Assembly (NCBI RefSeq): GCF_006345805.1
Contig: NC_043021.1
Span: 25,234,001-25,298,000, forward strand
Source: Octopus sinensis
Lineage: Eukaryota
Length of the DNA stretch: 64,000 bases
Reading direction: 5' to 3'
Both the position numbers and the translations under genes were made by a program. The notes beneath the pieces were generated by a model. It was given only the letters and a program-made list of their open reading frames with translations. It was not told the DNA's origin and made no database searches. Below are positions 10,336-22,919 of the stretch, piece by piece; position 1 is the stretch's first letter; each line of letters opens with the position of its first letter.

Positions 10336-12727
10336 ATGCAATAAATACCGTCGACGGCTCCAGGAAATGTTTGATAGCATCAGGCGAATTATCAGCACGT
10401 TTTTACTGAAAGACCAATCACCAACAGTGAAGCACTCGGAAGACTATTTCTATCAGTTCCTTATTCAATTTAAATCAGTGAATCCATCAGCCATTGAGAC
10501 AGGGTGCAAAATCTCGTTATCCATCTTCTTGACAAGCTACCAAGCTTTGCTAAAGATAATGCTACCATCGAAACAGAAATTCTTCAGGGCCAGATAATCT
10601 TACGGCAACAGATCTCAAAGAAGGGTAGTTTCTTTTGCAGAGATCGTCACTTTTAAAACAGAAGCATAGATTACAAAGTACAAAACATCAAACTCAGAAG
10701 GATGTTAACATCGTCACCAGCGACAAAGACAAAGCAAGCTACCGTTATTGCTCCAGCAGCAACAGGATCGAATTCCCAAGCGAGTTACTATTAACTTCTA
10801 AATCAATGAGAACTTCGTTAACATCACAAAAGAATAGACAACCTCCACGTTCAGATCCAAACAGATTATTGAGTCACACAATGATGATGGCAGTATTCTG
10901 GTAATCCACACTCCAGAATTTCCAAGAGCCTTATTTCGGCAGCTGTTACAGCTTATAAAAGAAAGGGCCTACAAGGAATTGTTAGACGCATTCTTTTACT
11001 GGCCAGAAACTAAGGCCACTGGTCCACAGCACATTATTTTGTCGCTATCCCTCTTATTTTCTCAGTAAAACAGTAACAATTAATTACATCCTCCCAACTC
11101 AGGCACCTTAACAACATCAGTTACAACGATTGCACACTGAACGAACAGTTTCTAACTCTTGTCTGACAAACAAAAACCCTGTGTCTTTTGAAAGGGTCAC
11201 TTTTTGTAAATCATTCCAGTTTCCATCACAAGCTCCTTGTCTACCGGACAATCTGTGTTTCTTACCTCATGTTTCAATGCAAAACATAGACCCACATGCA
11301 GCCAGCGCTTTTAAAATACAGAAGGACTTTAACATGCACTATCTCCAGGAGATCCTTTCGATAATCCGGTAGGATTAGATTACACACACACACTTCCTCC
11401 ATTAGACCAACATCAGAAGAATTAAGTCCACACTATTCATGCGTCATCTTAGAAATAGTTCGTCCATGGATATCGTCTTTGTTCGTGTTTCCGCTGTATT
11501 ACCACGATTGACATTTGGTTTAGGACCAAAAATAACGAGAAGAAGATCCCTTTCAAAAATGGAAGGCATCACAACTCGCTTTTAACTTTGGTGGTCTCAG
11601 TTGAATGGGAATTGAAAATAAAAAGAAGAAATAATCGAGAACTATCAAAAGAATTGAGAAAAAAAAGGCGTCCATGCAAAGTTACACTTCGCTTTTCCAT
11701 GCGAACATGTATCGTTTGTAACTGAAAATTGGGATATTAACTCAGCCAAAAGATCTGCAAATAAAGATGAGGATTCTCGTTTTCGGATCTAATGGACAAC
11801 CATAAAGAAACGATTTTCATGGAATTTAGTTAAGATTTTGGTGTGTGTTTTGTGGTTGTACAATGTCTGAATAGAATTTCATGAAAGAAGACTTCTCAGT
11901 CTATTTACCGTAGTGGTCAGCGGTGAAATATATCAATCATGTATCGAACTTAATGAACAAGACAATCTCTGTAACTCCGAAGTTTGTATCTACCACAATA
12001 TTGACGAATTCAAATAAACAAGGTCCGAAGATTTGGGGAAGAAAATGTGACCATCGTTACGTCATAATAGAAATATTTCATAATTGTAAAACTCCAATGT
12101 ATTTTTTACCAACAAAAACATAAAAATTTTATTTACTAATTTTTAAAAAGATGGGTTAAAAAAAAAAGAAAAGAAAAAATGAAGGGAAATGGGTGAGGGT
12201 GAAGAAAGTGAAGCTGGAACCGGAGAAGTAATGGACCACATGTCCCAGAACAAGAGGGACAGTAACAGGCAGGATGTAGACATTGGACTCCATTTGAATG
12301 ACGTCAAGCAATTATTGTTAATTTAAAGGATTCTTCAGTATTAAACAGAATCCCAGTTACACAGCTTGCTTTATCAATTCTATCTCCAGTTACTGAATCC
12401 ATTCTACATCCTTGTTATGTTCAACTTTGTTATTCCAAACGTCTGCTATGATTTACTCATGTCTGGGATTTTCCAACGATTTCTAACATTTTGGATAGAG
12501 AGCCGATCCCTATAAAATTCCAACGGAATTTCAGCTCAGACTGATGAGAGAACCTATCTGAATACTGCAAGTTAGGTGCTCTGTCACTGAGTGAAAAAAT
12601 TTATATGGGTACCGAAAACAAAGAGAGTAGCTGGGCAGAGGCAGCTTTCATTTGCACTAATCTTCAAAAAGTATTTTCACTTTTTATTCTGTATTTGGCA
12701 ATATTAGAGGCTGAAAAAGCGGCAGCT

Positions 12728-12860
12728 GGCAGAATGGTTAGTAATGCCAGGCAAAAGACTTGGCAGAATGGTTAGCATGCCAGGCAAAAGACTTGGCAGA
12801 ATGGTTAGCATGCCAGGCAAAAGACTTGGCAGAATGGTTAGCATGCCAGGCAAAAGACTT
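12728..12860 (+). repeat. 33-bp minisatellite, 4 copies, resembling the 5' head of the tRNA-derived SINE
   Basis: Unit GGCAGAATGGTTAGCATGCCAGGCAAAAGACTT. The SINE head is GGCGAGCTGGCAGAAACGTTAGCACGCCGGGCGAAATGCT. Confidence 0.85.
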
Positions 12861-13106
12861 TGGAAGAATCGATCGTCAAAGGGAGACAAATCGCTTGGCA
12901 GTAATTCAGGCTTCTATCACTGCTAACGGATCAGTTTCTTGCGTAGTTATGTCCCTTTAATTACAATTACGGAGATGTACTTGCATAGCAAGTGACCTGA
13001 TCTGAGATCGTGTGCTGAAACAAACACAATTGCAGCGTGGAAGGTGTTTATTAGCCATTTAAAAACACACAAAAACCGTTAGATTCACTTCAATATTTAT
13101 ATTTAA

Positions 13107-13157
13107 TTTGTCAAAATATTTTCGTCGCTTTGAAACCGCGACCTCTTCACTGACAAA
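13107..13157 (-). ncRNA. Degenerate minimal type I hammerhead ribozyme-like motif (Penelope-associated type)
   Basis: Minus strand: TTTGTCA-GTGAAGA-G-GTCGC..GCGAC-GAAA-ATAT-T-T-TGACAAA. Stems I and II pair and stem III is the palindrome AATATT. C3 is replaced by G and there is one extra nt before stem II. Confidence 0.45.
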
Positions 13158-13924
13158 ATTCCACGCTGCAATTGTTTATAATATTTGTCTCAATATAATT
13201 GGGACTTAACTGAAGACAGTATCGATCCTTAATACTTGATTAATACTTTTATTTTATCGACACCGAAAAGATGAAAGGTAACGTTAACTTCTGAAGGACT
13301 TGAACTCTAACAACAAAAAGCCAGAACAATGCAAAATACTTCCCCCCACCCACGCTCAAACAATACTGTCAGCTTGATGCACGAAATAATTGTTTTTGAT
13401 TTAGGCACAACGCCAGCAATTTCGAGGGGGTGGATTTGTCCAGACGTTCTCAATCGGGGTCCACATGGCCCTTGGGGGATGCATATAAAATGTTGCTGTT
13501 ATCTACCATAAATCGATTATATTTCTACAGTACACAAAATATTTTCATTTTTTTTTAAATGAAATTTCTAATATTGAATTCTAAAAATGTTTTAGGATTT
13601 TTAAACATCAAATGGTAAAATAGGAATCAAAAGGTTCCGTGGTAAAGAAAGAAAAAATGGTTGGGAACCACTGGATTAGTCGATTCCATTCTTTTCACCC
13701 AAGTACTTCACTCCTACTTTATTTATCGACTTCGAAAGGATGGAAAATTAAGTTAACTTTTGCTGGATTTGAAAACAGAAAATAAAGAACGAAAACCCAC
13801 AAATCTTAATGACGCTCAGGAAAAAATGGAAGAGTCTTTGATGCTTCGAGCCTACGTTTCTCTACAAGAAGGAACGAAGGGGTGCACGCATGCATGTATG
13901 TACATATGTATGTATGTATGTACG

Positions 13925-13956
<32 letters not shown>

Positions 13957-14378
13957 GGTGTGTGTTTGTGTGTACGTATAGATAAGTGTCTATACGCACG
14001 CGTGTGTGTATGTGTAAAGAGAGGAAGAGAGAGAGGTGGAGCTAGAAAAAAACTGCCGTTCAAACCGAAAAGATCCCTGTTGGGTCCTTTTGACGATCCG
14101 CTAAGTTACAAGGGCGTAACACAAGCCACGGTCCTTACAGTGATATTTGATCTCCACCAGAGATAGAATGTGCGTGGGAAGTATGTCAGCTCCGGAGTCG
14201 ACCCATTCTTCGGGTTTCACATAACTCCATATACACTAATATCTTTACAGTATATAATAAACTATTTCTTATAAAATAAAAGGCGATAAATTGGTAAAAT
14301 TTATCCTCCTAGATCCTCTACCCGGTTAGCTGACCTGCTAGAAATAGCAACCAAATCTCACTTTCAAATCATATTTTA

Positions 14379-14531
14379 CGATGGGGTGCTGAAAGGTTCC
14401 TGGCTTTGGGTAGAAGAAAATATAGGAGGATCAGTTAATTATGATTTTATTCAACATATTCCCCCCTCAGATTTACACACTTACTGCAGTCACCCTTCAG
14501 TTTTTCTAACCCCTGTAAAAGAACTCGGTTG
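14379..14531 (-). mobile_element. Truncated mariner-derived MITE, same family as 37002-37220
   Basis: TA followed by TIR CGATGGGGTGCTGAAAGGTTCCTGGCTTTGG. The body is the reverse complement of the 37 kb copy. Confidence 0.75.
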
Positions 14532-15304
14532 AGCCTCTAGCCGGGCCTTTCGCTTTTGTTTTTTCCTTATTTTACAAATGACACATTCACCTTTTTGTTG
14601 CCATAATTTTATTGAAATACACAAACCCTGTACTTCTTTCCTGTCATTTTAAAATCAATAATAATGGCTAGGCCTACCTTGGGACCCCAGTTTTGTGAAT
14701 GAGTCATAGCGGCACCATTGTGACACACAGAGTGTCTTAGGAGATGTTTAGACCTGACAACATCCATTGTTTAGCCCTAGGACCAGACAACAACAACGAC
14801 AACAACAACAATACCGACAGCGAATCAATGAGGGAGCATCTTTGCAGTCGCTTGACCTGCTAGAAAGAGCAGCCAAATCCTGTCATGTGACAGGAATGAT
14901 ACTTTAGAGATAATGCAGTCGTAATGGTTTGACATGCGCTGGGATGATCCTAGCTTGAACAACTTTGCTCATAGATATTGATTAAGTGTTGACCTGGGAG
15001 TTATATGACAACAACAGCAAGAACATCGCCATCAAAACATCCTCAGATTGTCACGAATTTTGTCTCTGCCCCCCCCCCCCATCAGCCACACACACACACA
15101 CACACACACACAGAGGATCGGCTCAGCTGACAAGAAAGCAGTATCATTGTTTCACCCCACCTCAGATAAGTACTTTCTTTTAAGGATTTGGCCTTAATGA
15201 GATAACAGAGCAGAGCTCGCCTTGTTGAGTGACGTTTTTTATTACGATATTAGGTGTGTGGGGGGGGGGAGGTAAACTATGGTCAGCACAAAGACTGGCT
15301 GAGC

Positions 15305-15341
<37 letters not shown>

Positions 15342-15540
15342 CGAGGAAGAGGTGGAGGGGGATGGGAGGACAACTAGCAAGAAGGGGAGTAGGAGGAGGA
15401 GGAGCTGACATATAATCGAAACAAATACAGGCTGTGTGATGATATACACAGATATGTGCACATGTTGAGGTGTGTGTGTATGTGGTGTGTGTGTGTGTGT
15501 GTGGGGTTGTGTGAGTGTATGTGTGTGTGTATATATATAT

Positions 15541-16020
15541 ATAAAGAAAAGAAAACACACATACACAAGGTGTGTGTTGCTAGTTCGTGGGTCGTGGGTC
15601 GGCTGCCTTTTAGGCGTAAGAGAATGTATTCTCAATGTGCCTGGTGTTAAAAACATCTGAAAGTAAGTCATAGGCAAGCAAGACGACTCACATCAGGTCC
15701 CTTTCCAGAGCAACAGAAACCTTGCGACGTGCGCCTGTAGATGGTCTTCAAACCATTTACCGTATAGCCATAGCTTGTGATATAGCTTGCAGCAAGCCTT
15801 GTTTGGTACGTGGCATTGAAGAGCCCCAACAATGACGAAACATCAATGTCTGCTGCTCTGAAAAGGGAAAAAAGGGACCTGATGTGGATTGTCTCGTTTG
15901 CCTTTTAACACCAGGCGCATTGAGAATATATTCTCTTATGCCTGAAAAAGCAGCCGACCCACAATCCAACAACACACACACACACACACACCTTGTGTAT
16001 TTGTTTTCGATTTTGTTTAT
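15541..16020. mobile_element. Fold-back/MITE-like element with ~175-bp imperfect inverted arms
   Basis: The left arm ~15541-15716 and right arm ~15849-16020 are diverged reverse complements. Both contain a GAGAAT(A/G)TATTCTC palindrome and a CA/TG tract. The spacer plus right arm recur at 34041-34390. Confidence 0.75.
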
Positions 16021-16050
16021 ATTTCCTCAGCTACTTTTATTTGAATACAC

Positions 16051-16088
<38 letters not shown>

Positions 16089-16119
16089 ACACATACATAC
16101 ATACATATATATAAATATA

Positions 16120-18598
16120 TATTGTATTGGCATCCTTTCTGTCTCGGGAGACAATGGAGTTGCGCATAAAGTAGTCTAGTTCGGCTTTTATATTTCATGT
16201 CCTGATACATTTCCTGCTGTGGCTGTGTAGTCCTATCCTGGACAAACACTCCCTCTGGCAGGTACCACAAATGTAGCGAAGACTGTTCCTGGCTGGTTGT
16301 ACTGCCATAGTCTCTTGTTTACGTCTCTTCCTTTCTTTCCATTTCTCCTCTCTCTCTCTGTCACTCTTTTGTATTCCCTCTTTTACGGTACGTCGCCATT
16401 CTCCACAGTTGCCGGCAACTGCCTCCCAACCGCTAATATTGATGTTGCAGGCCTTCATGTCCCTTTTGCAAACATCCTTGTAACGTAAGATCGGTCTACC
16501 CACAGACCTAGTACCCCTAGCAAGCTCTCCGTAGAGTATGTCCTTGGGGATTCTGCCATCTTTCATACGCCTAACATGCCCAAGCCATCTCATACGTCTT
16601 TGTGTGAGGAGTGCAAACATGCTTGGTATTCCTGCTTGCCTGAGGACATCTTTGTAGGGGATATGATTCTGCCATTTGATGCGGAAGATTTTTCGGAGGC
16701 AGCGCAGGTGAAAGATGTTTAGGCGACGCTCTTGGCGTGTGTATAGCGTCCAGGTCTCGCTTCCATACAGTAGAGTGCTGAGTACACATGCCTGGTAGAT
16801 CTTCATTTTCGTGGTCTTGGTCAGCTTATTGTTGTCCCAAGCCTGTTTGGAGAGTTGGGCCATCGCAGCAGCTGCCTTGCCAATGCGTATATTGAGCTCA
16901 GCATCAAGGGATAGGTTGTAGGTGACGGTAGAGCCCAGATAGGTAAACTTCTCCACCTCTTGTAATCTGTGGTCTCCAATATGTATGTTTGGGATGTTGG
17001 TCTTCTTAAGGCTGATAGCTAAGCCAAAGTCGTTACATGCTTGCTCAAAACAGTTAATGAGCCTTTGGAGGGCTTCTTCTGTGTGTGTTACCAGAGCGGC
17101 ATCATCAGCAAATAACATCTCCTTGATCAGGACGTTTCTGATTTTGGTCTTGGCACGCAGGCGCGAGAGATTGAACAGTTTCCCGTCACTTCTACTGTGC
17201 AGAAACACTCCATCATCTGATGTCTGAAAGGCATGTGAAAGTAAGAGCGAGAAGAAGATGCCAAACAATGTAGGAGCGAGGACACAGCCTTGCTTTACCC
17301 CGTTTTTTATTTGGAAGGCGGCTGATGTTGAACTGTTGTGCTGTATGGTGCCTTGCATGTCATCATGGAAAGACTTGATGATCCTCAGCAGCTTTGGTGG
17401 ACATCCAATTTTTTGGAGCAGGATGAAGAGGCCTGTTCTGCTTACCGAGTCAAAAGCCTTTGTTAGATCAATGAAGGCCATGTATAATGGCATTTTCTGC
17501 TCTCTGGACTTCTCCTGAAGTTGGCGTATGGAGAATATCATATCGATCGTTGATCTGCTTCTTCTAAAGCCACACTGCGATTCCGGATAGATTCGAGAAG
17601 CAAGTAGTTGTAGCCTGGCCAGGATAACGCGGGCAAAGGTCTTTCCAACAGTGCTGAGAAGGGATATACCACGGTAATTGTTACAATCACCATGGTCACC
17701 TTTGTTTTTGTAAAGTGTAATGATGTTGGCATCCCGCATATCCTGAGGGACTGTACCCTCTTCCCAGCACTGACACAGAAGCTCATGAAGGTGCTGAAGC
17801 AGGATGGTGTTTTTGCCGGCTTTGATGATCTCTGAGGGGATGCCGTCTTTTCCCGGAGCCTTATTTCTTGCTAGGGAGTCCACAGCCTTGGTGAGCTCTG
17901 CTATAGATGGCGGACTGTCAAGTTCGCACATGACTGGCAAGATCTTGACACTCTCGACTGCAGCCTCAGCCACTGTGGTCTCCCGTGAGTAGAGATCCTG
18001 GTAGTGCTCCACCCATCTATCCATTTGCTTGCCTTGATCCCTGATGAGATCTCCAGTAGTTGATTTCAGAGGGGCTGACTTGGTTGCGGATGGACCGAGG
18101 GCCTTCTTCAAACCGGCATACATCTCACGGGTGTCGCCCCTGTCAGCAGCTGACTGGATACTCTGACAGATTTCCTGCCAATACCTATTTGCACAGCGTC
18201 TGGCTGTCAGTTGGGTTTTATTTCGTGCCTTTCTGAGTTCTTCGAGTGACTTTGTAGAAGAGTCACTCTTGTATTGCACCAGAGCTGCACGCTTTGTTTC
18301 GATAACTGGCTCCAGCATTGAACCAATCTGGGTTTTGCCTTTCTCTCATGCCGAAAGTATCCAATGATGTCGTATACAAGGCTTCCCTGATATAGTCCCA
18401 CCTACTTTCAGCAGAGGAGGTTGGGCAGCTACTGAGGGCAACCTTGATAGAAGCAGCAAAACATTTTCGCAGTGTAGGGTCCGAGGTTCTGGCGGTGTTG
18501 ATGCGTGGTCGGCCCACTTTCTTGGAGCAATGGACTTTTTTAGGCAGAATCCTTACCCTGCTTCTAATTAGTGAGTGGTCTGTGTCACAATCCGCGCT
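16120..18598 (-). mobile_element. RTE-clade LINE of BovB/Expander type, 5'-truncated inside the AP-endonuclease, without a PHD insertion
   Basis: 707-aa ORF 16195-18318 with NYRGISLL, ESQCGFR, DLTKAFD, GVKQGCVLAP, FADD and FTYLG, and a terminal zinc finger CGTC...H..C. Upstream SADCDTDHSLI (~18560-18598) is the APE C-terminal motif. Frameshift near 18320. The 3' UTR has CCATTGTCTCCCGAGACAGAAAGGATGCC. Confidence 0.95.
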
Positions 18599-18723
18599 GT
18601 ATATATATGTGTGTGTGTGTGTATATATATATATATGTATATATAAATTAAATTAGAGATAAAACCACTATTAGGCAACTCAAACAGTGATAGACATATA
18701 CTCCCTAATATTATTATTATATG

Positions 18724-18758
<35 letters not shown>

Positions 18759-18817
18759 GTATATATATATGTCTGTGTGTATATATATATATATATGCCT
18801 GTGTGAGTATATACATA

Positions 18818-19678
18818 CAGGGTGTGATGAATAAACTGTCATCTAAATTACACGAAAATGAAAATAACACTGACATCTCATTTTAACAGATATATTTATC
18901 AAAATTACATGAAAATATCTTGAAATACCAAAGAGTAATTTTATTCCATAAAATCACCATTGGCCTTCCGACCACTTTGGAATTTCCTGCAACTCTTCTG
19001 GACAGTCTCTTTGCTTAAGTTGGTGAATGCTGCCATAATCCTTGCTTTCAGTTCATCGTTGGTGTTACAAGGAGTTTTGTTGGGCTCTTGCTCAACTGCA
19101 CCTCACACATAATAATCAAGGGGGTTGCAGTCTGGGGAGTTAGGTGGCCAGATGTTAGGGGTGATGTAGTTGCAGAAATTGTATGACAGCCATGACTGGG
19201 TTCTCTTGCATGTGGGGTGTAGCGCAGAGTCCTGTTACCAGATATAGGGTCTTCCAGTAATCACCCTCTACACCCAGGGCAGTACTACCCTCACCAGGAA
19301 CTTGACGTAGGCCTCCATGCTGAATCTGAGGCCAAGTGGGAAGATGAACGGAGGCATAATGTCACCATCACTAGCGATCACTCCAAACAGCATGATGTTG
19401 ACTGGATGTTTGATTTTTATCACTCTAGGTACATGTCCTCAGATTCACACCCAAACACTCTGAAATGTTCATATTGGTGCTTCCGGTGTGAATGCCAAGC
19501 AGTACAGTATGTCGTTTCCAAATTTCTGGCTGAGTGAATTGTGTCATGGTGCTGGTTTTCTCACACACGGTGCCCAACTGACCCTACAATACTCTGTGGT
19601 AGGCAAAATCAAAAACAATCAATGCACATGCATGAAATAAAAAATATAAAATGGCAACAGTTTACCCATCGCACCCTG
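18818..19678 (-). mobile_element. Internally deleted DD37D (maT-family) Tc1/mariner transposon, 861 bp
   Basis: TIRs CAGGGTG(T/C)GATG..TAAACTGT with TA flanks at 18816-17 and 19679-80. The minus-strand translation QD-SALHPTCKRTQSWLSYNFCNYITPNIWPPNSPDCNPL-D has 37 residues between the second and third Asp. In-frame stops are present. Confidence 0.85.
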
Positions 19679-21331
19679 TATATATCTGGGTTTCACATCC
19701 ATAGCTTTATGGTGTATCATCAAATCCTAAAATCTGATGGCTTAAAGCCTCTCTAGCGAGTAACCAACAGGTTTTGGGACCTGATGATAAGCCGTTAAGC
19801 TAAGCACTTTATGGATGTGAAACCCAGGGTAATCCCATAGACCAACCTTATCTAACTTTATTCATATATATATATATATATATTATATATATCACCTTGG
19901 GCAAGTGTCTTCTATTATAGCCTTGGGCCGACCAAAGCCTTATGAGTGGATTTAGTAGTTAGAAACTGAAAGAAGTACGTCGTGTTTGTGTGTTTGCCCT
20001 GCAACATCACTTGACAACCAATGCTGGTGTGTTTACATCCCCATAACTTAACAGTTTGGCTAAAGAGACTGATAGAATAAGTACAAGGCTTATAAAGAAT
20101 AAGACCTGGGGTTAATTTGCTTGACTAAAGGTGCTGTTCCAGCATGGCCACAGTCAAATGACTGAAACAAGTAAAAGAATAAAAGAATATATATACATGT
20201 TTTATATGGGGAGGGTCATATTTCGCCAATTAAACACACACACTGAATATTTGGTCTTCACTTCAGACTTATTTCATATTAGCTTCTTTGTTGAGGTCTT
20301 CCATCTCACATCCTGTTACTTCTTCACTGACTTTTTATCCGTTTCACCTCTTGTTCTGCTTATTTCATTTTCTCTTTCTCTGGTATGTATCCTTACCTGT
20401 GCATGCATTTACATGTATGTGTGTGTGTGTGTGAGGAGGGTGCCTGACCATCATACAGGTGTTGTCTCTTGTATCCAGTCTTCCACAAAAACATGTCTGG
20501 CCATAGAGAAATGTTTCCTTGCTTGGAAACAGGGGTCGGTTGGCAATAGGCAAAGCTTCCAGCCATGGGACGTTCACCTCTGACGCACGAAAGCACGGAA
20601 AGCAAATGTTTAAATAATGATGGTGTGTGTGTGTGTGTATGCACCACTCCCTACACATATTATACCTGTGTGTTCGGGTACATGTGAAATGTGAACTCTG
20701 TCACTTGATCCGCCATCATTATTTTCCTCTAGTGCATGGTTTCATATATCTGACCATATGTTTAGCCTAACCCCCCCCCCACCCCCCACACACACAGCCC
20801 ATGAGTTGGCTTCTTCTTTCATCCAGGTATAACGTAGGTTGTTGTTGCTGTTGTTGTTACACTGTTTGCGATGTAGTTAAGAAGTCAGAAGAGAGACAGG
20901 GGGAAGCGAATCATTAGCTTTTTACAAATAAATAAACTCTGCTCCATTTCTGTAAAAACTCATCTTTCTCTCATTTATACTTATCCTTCCAAACATGTAC
21001 ACACACACACACACACACACATTCCTGTCCCTGTCCTCTAATTCTTTAATTTCTCAACCAAGCACAAAGCCACACACCCTTAATGCTAAACCCAGCTGGG
21101 GGTTTTTTGTCTTCAAGGTACTTGGTGACCCTGTTGATGCTGATGGCATGTAAAAAGCACCCTAAAGGGAGGGCACCCAGCTGTGGGAACCTAGACAAGG
21201 ACAGCTGCATAAAGAAGTGCTGATCTCTAACTGTGGAGGGAACCGGTGGAAGAGGTAGACCCAGGAAGACATGGGACAGCAGGATGAAGCATGATTTTTG
21301 GATGTTTGTGTGTGTGTGTGTGTATGTACAC

Positions 21332-21363
<32 letters not shown>

Positions 21364-21466
21364 CCACACAAGAAAAGCCAGATACAGAACTCTGGATTTA
21401 CAAAGGCAAACTGGTGCTGCACCCTGCCTTTGAACCTTGACTTACAATTACCTGCAGTTCCATACC

Positions 21467-21702
21467 TGTTTCTATTTCTTTACTACCCCCAAGGGGCTAA
21501 ACACAGAGGAGACAAACAAGGACAGACAAAGGGATTAAGTCGATTATATCGACCCCAGTGCGTAACTGGTACTTATTTAATCGACCCCGAAAGGATGAAA
21601 GGCAAAGTCGACCTTGGTGGAATTTGAACTCAGAACGTAACGGCAGACGAAATACCGCTGAGCATTTCGCCAGGTGTGCTAACCACTCTGCCAGCTCACC
21701 TT
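21467..21702 (-). mobile_element. tRNA-derived SINE, same family as 10116-10335, with a 12-bp TSD (1 mismatch)
   Basis: The body is near-identical to the 10.1 kb and 33.8 kb copies. TSD CAGTTC(C/A)ATACC at 21455-21466 and 21703-21714. Confidence 0.85.
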
Positions 21703-22919
21703 CAGTTCAATACCAATCTGAGAAAACCTTTTGTAAGCTTTATGTGGATTGCTAATCCTTTATTAATAACATCATCACTATTTAGTGTCTGCTTTCCATG
21801 CTGGCATGGGTTGGACGGTTTGACTGGAACTGGTAAGCCAGAGGGCAGCACTAGACTCTAGCCTGATTTTGGTTTTGTTTCTATGGCTGGGTGCTCCTCC
21901 TAACGCCAACCACTCCAAGAGTGTAGTGGGTGCCTCTTATGTGTCACCGGCACTTAGCATGATTTCGGGTTGGCAGCAGGAAGAGCATCCAGCTGTAGAA
22001 AATCTTCCTCAACAAATTTCATGTGACTCATCCAAACCTACAAAAATAGATATTGCAACAATAATAACGGCAATGGTGATAACGATGATAATGATGATGA
22101 TGGTGATTAGATTGTAGATGAACCTGTAAAATCTATTTCACGAGGAGAGGAAGAGTTACATCAACGGAGATATTTATTCATTTACTCTTCCCCACTCTGA
22201 CTTTGTCTGTTTGTCCACTGCAAGGCTGTGTAGTCTTTTTTTTTAATTTTTTATTTTACTGTTTTTCTTTTTTGCAATTACTAAAGCTATTGATATCAAG
22301 ACAGCCCTCTGCGTGGCTGGTTCGGTGACTGGTTCGGTGACTGGTTGCTTTAACAATCAACTTATCAGATATACACTTTAGAACATGACACTGAAACCAG
22401 ATGAGAAATACTGCTGCTGCTGCTGCTGCTGGCGATGATGATGATGATGATGATGATGATTGCAATAATTAGAATGACTTTGATAATTGTAACAGCAATA
22501 ATTTTACTCTGGTTCCACTTTACATAACATTCCATACAAACATCACAAAAGGTTTCAATAAAAAAGCAAAATTCCCCAAAAGCAGGGACATAAGTAAACC
22601 ATTGGACAATGTCGATGGAGACAAAAGTCTGCAGGAACCGAGCCAACCCTGTTGGGTCCAAGTGACATTCTCTGAATTACAATATGAGACCTGAGTCCCC
22701 ATTTTGGGAGGTTTGTTATAGATAGGCTTAAATGGGGAAGAGGCTACCTTGGACTAGTTTTTTTTTCTGTTATAATCTTGGATTGACCAACAGAGAGCAA
22801 TTGAAACTTGCTAAACTCAAATGGGAGTCTGTGTGTGTGTATGTGAATATATATGTATGTATGCATATATGTGCATTTGTGTGCATATATATATATATAT
22901 ATTTATGTTATCTCATCCT

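Noticed and set aside
12728-12860. 33-bp direct repeats as a CRISPR array
   Set aside because: The units are contiguous with no spacers, so this is a minisatellite.
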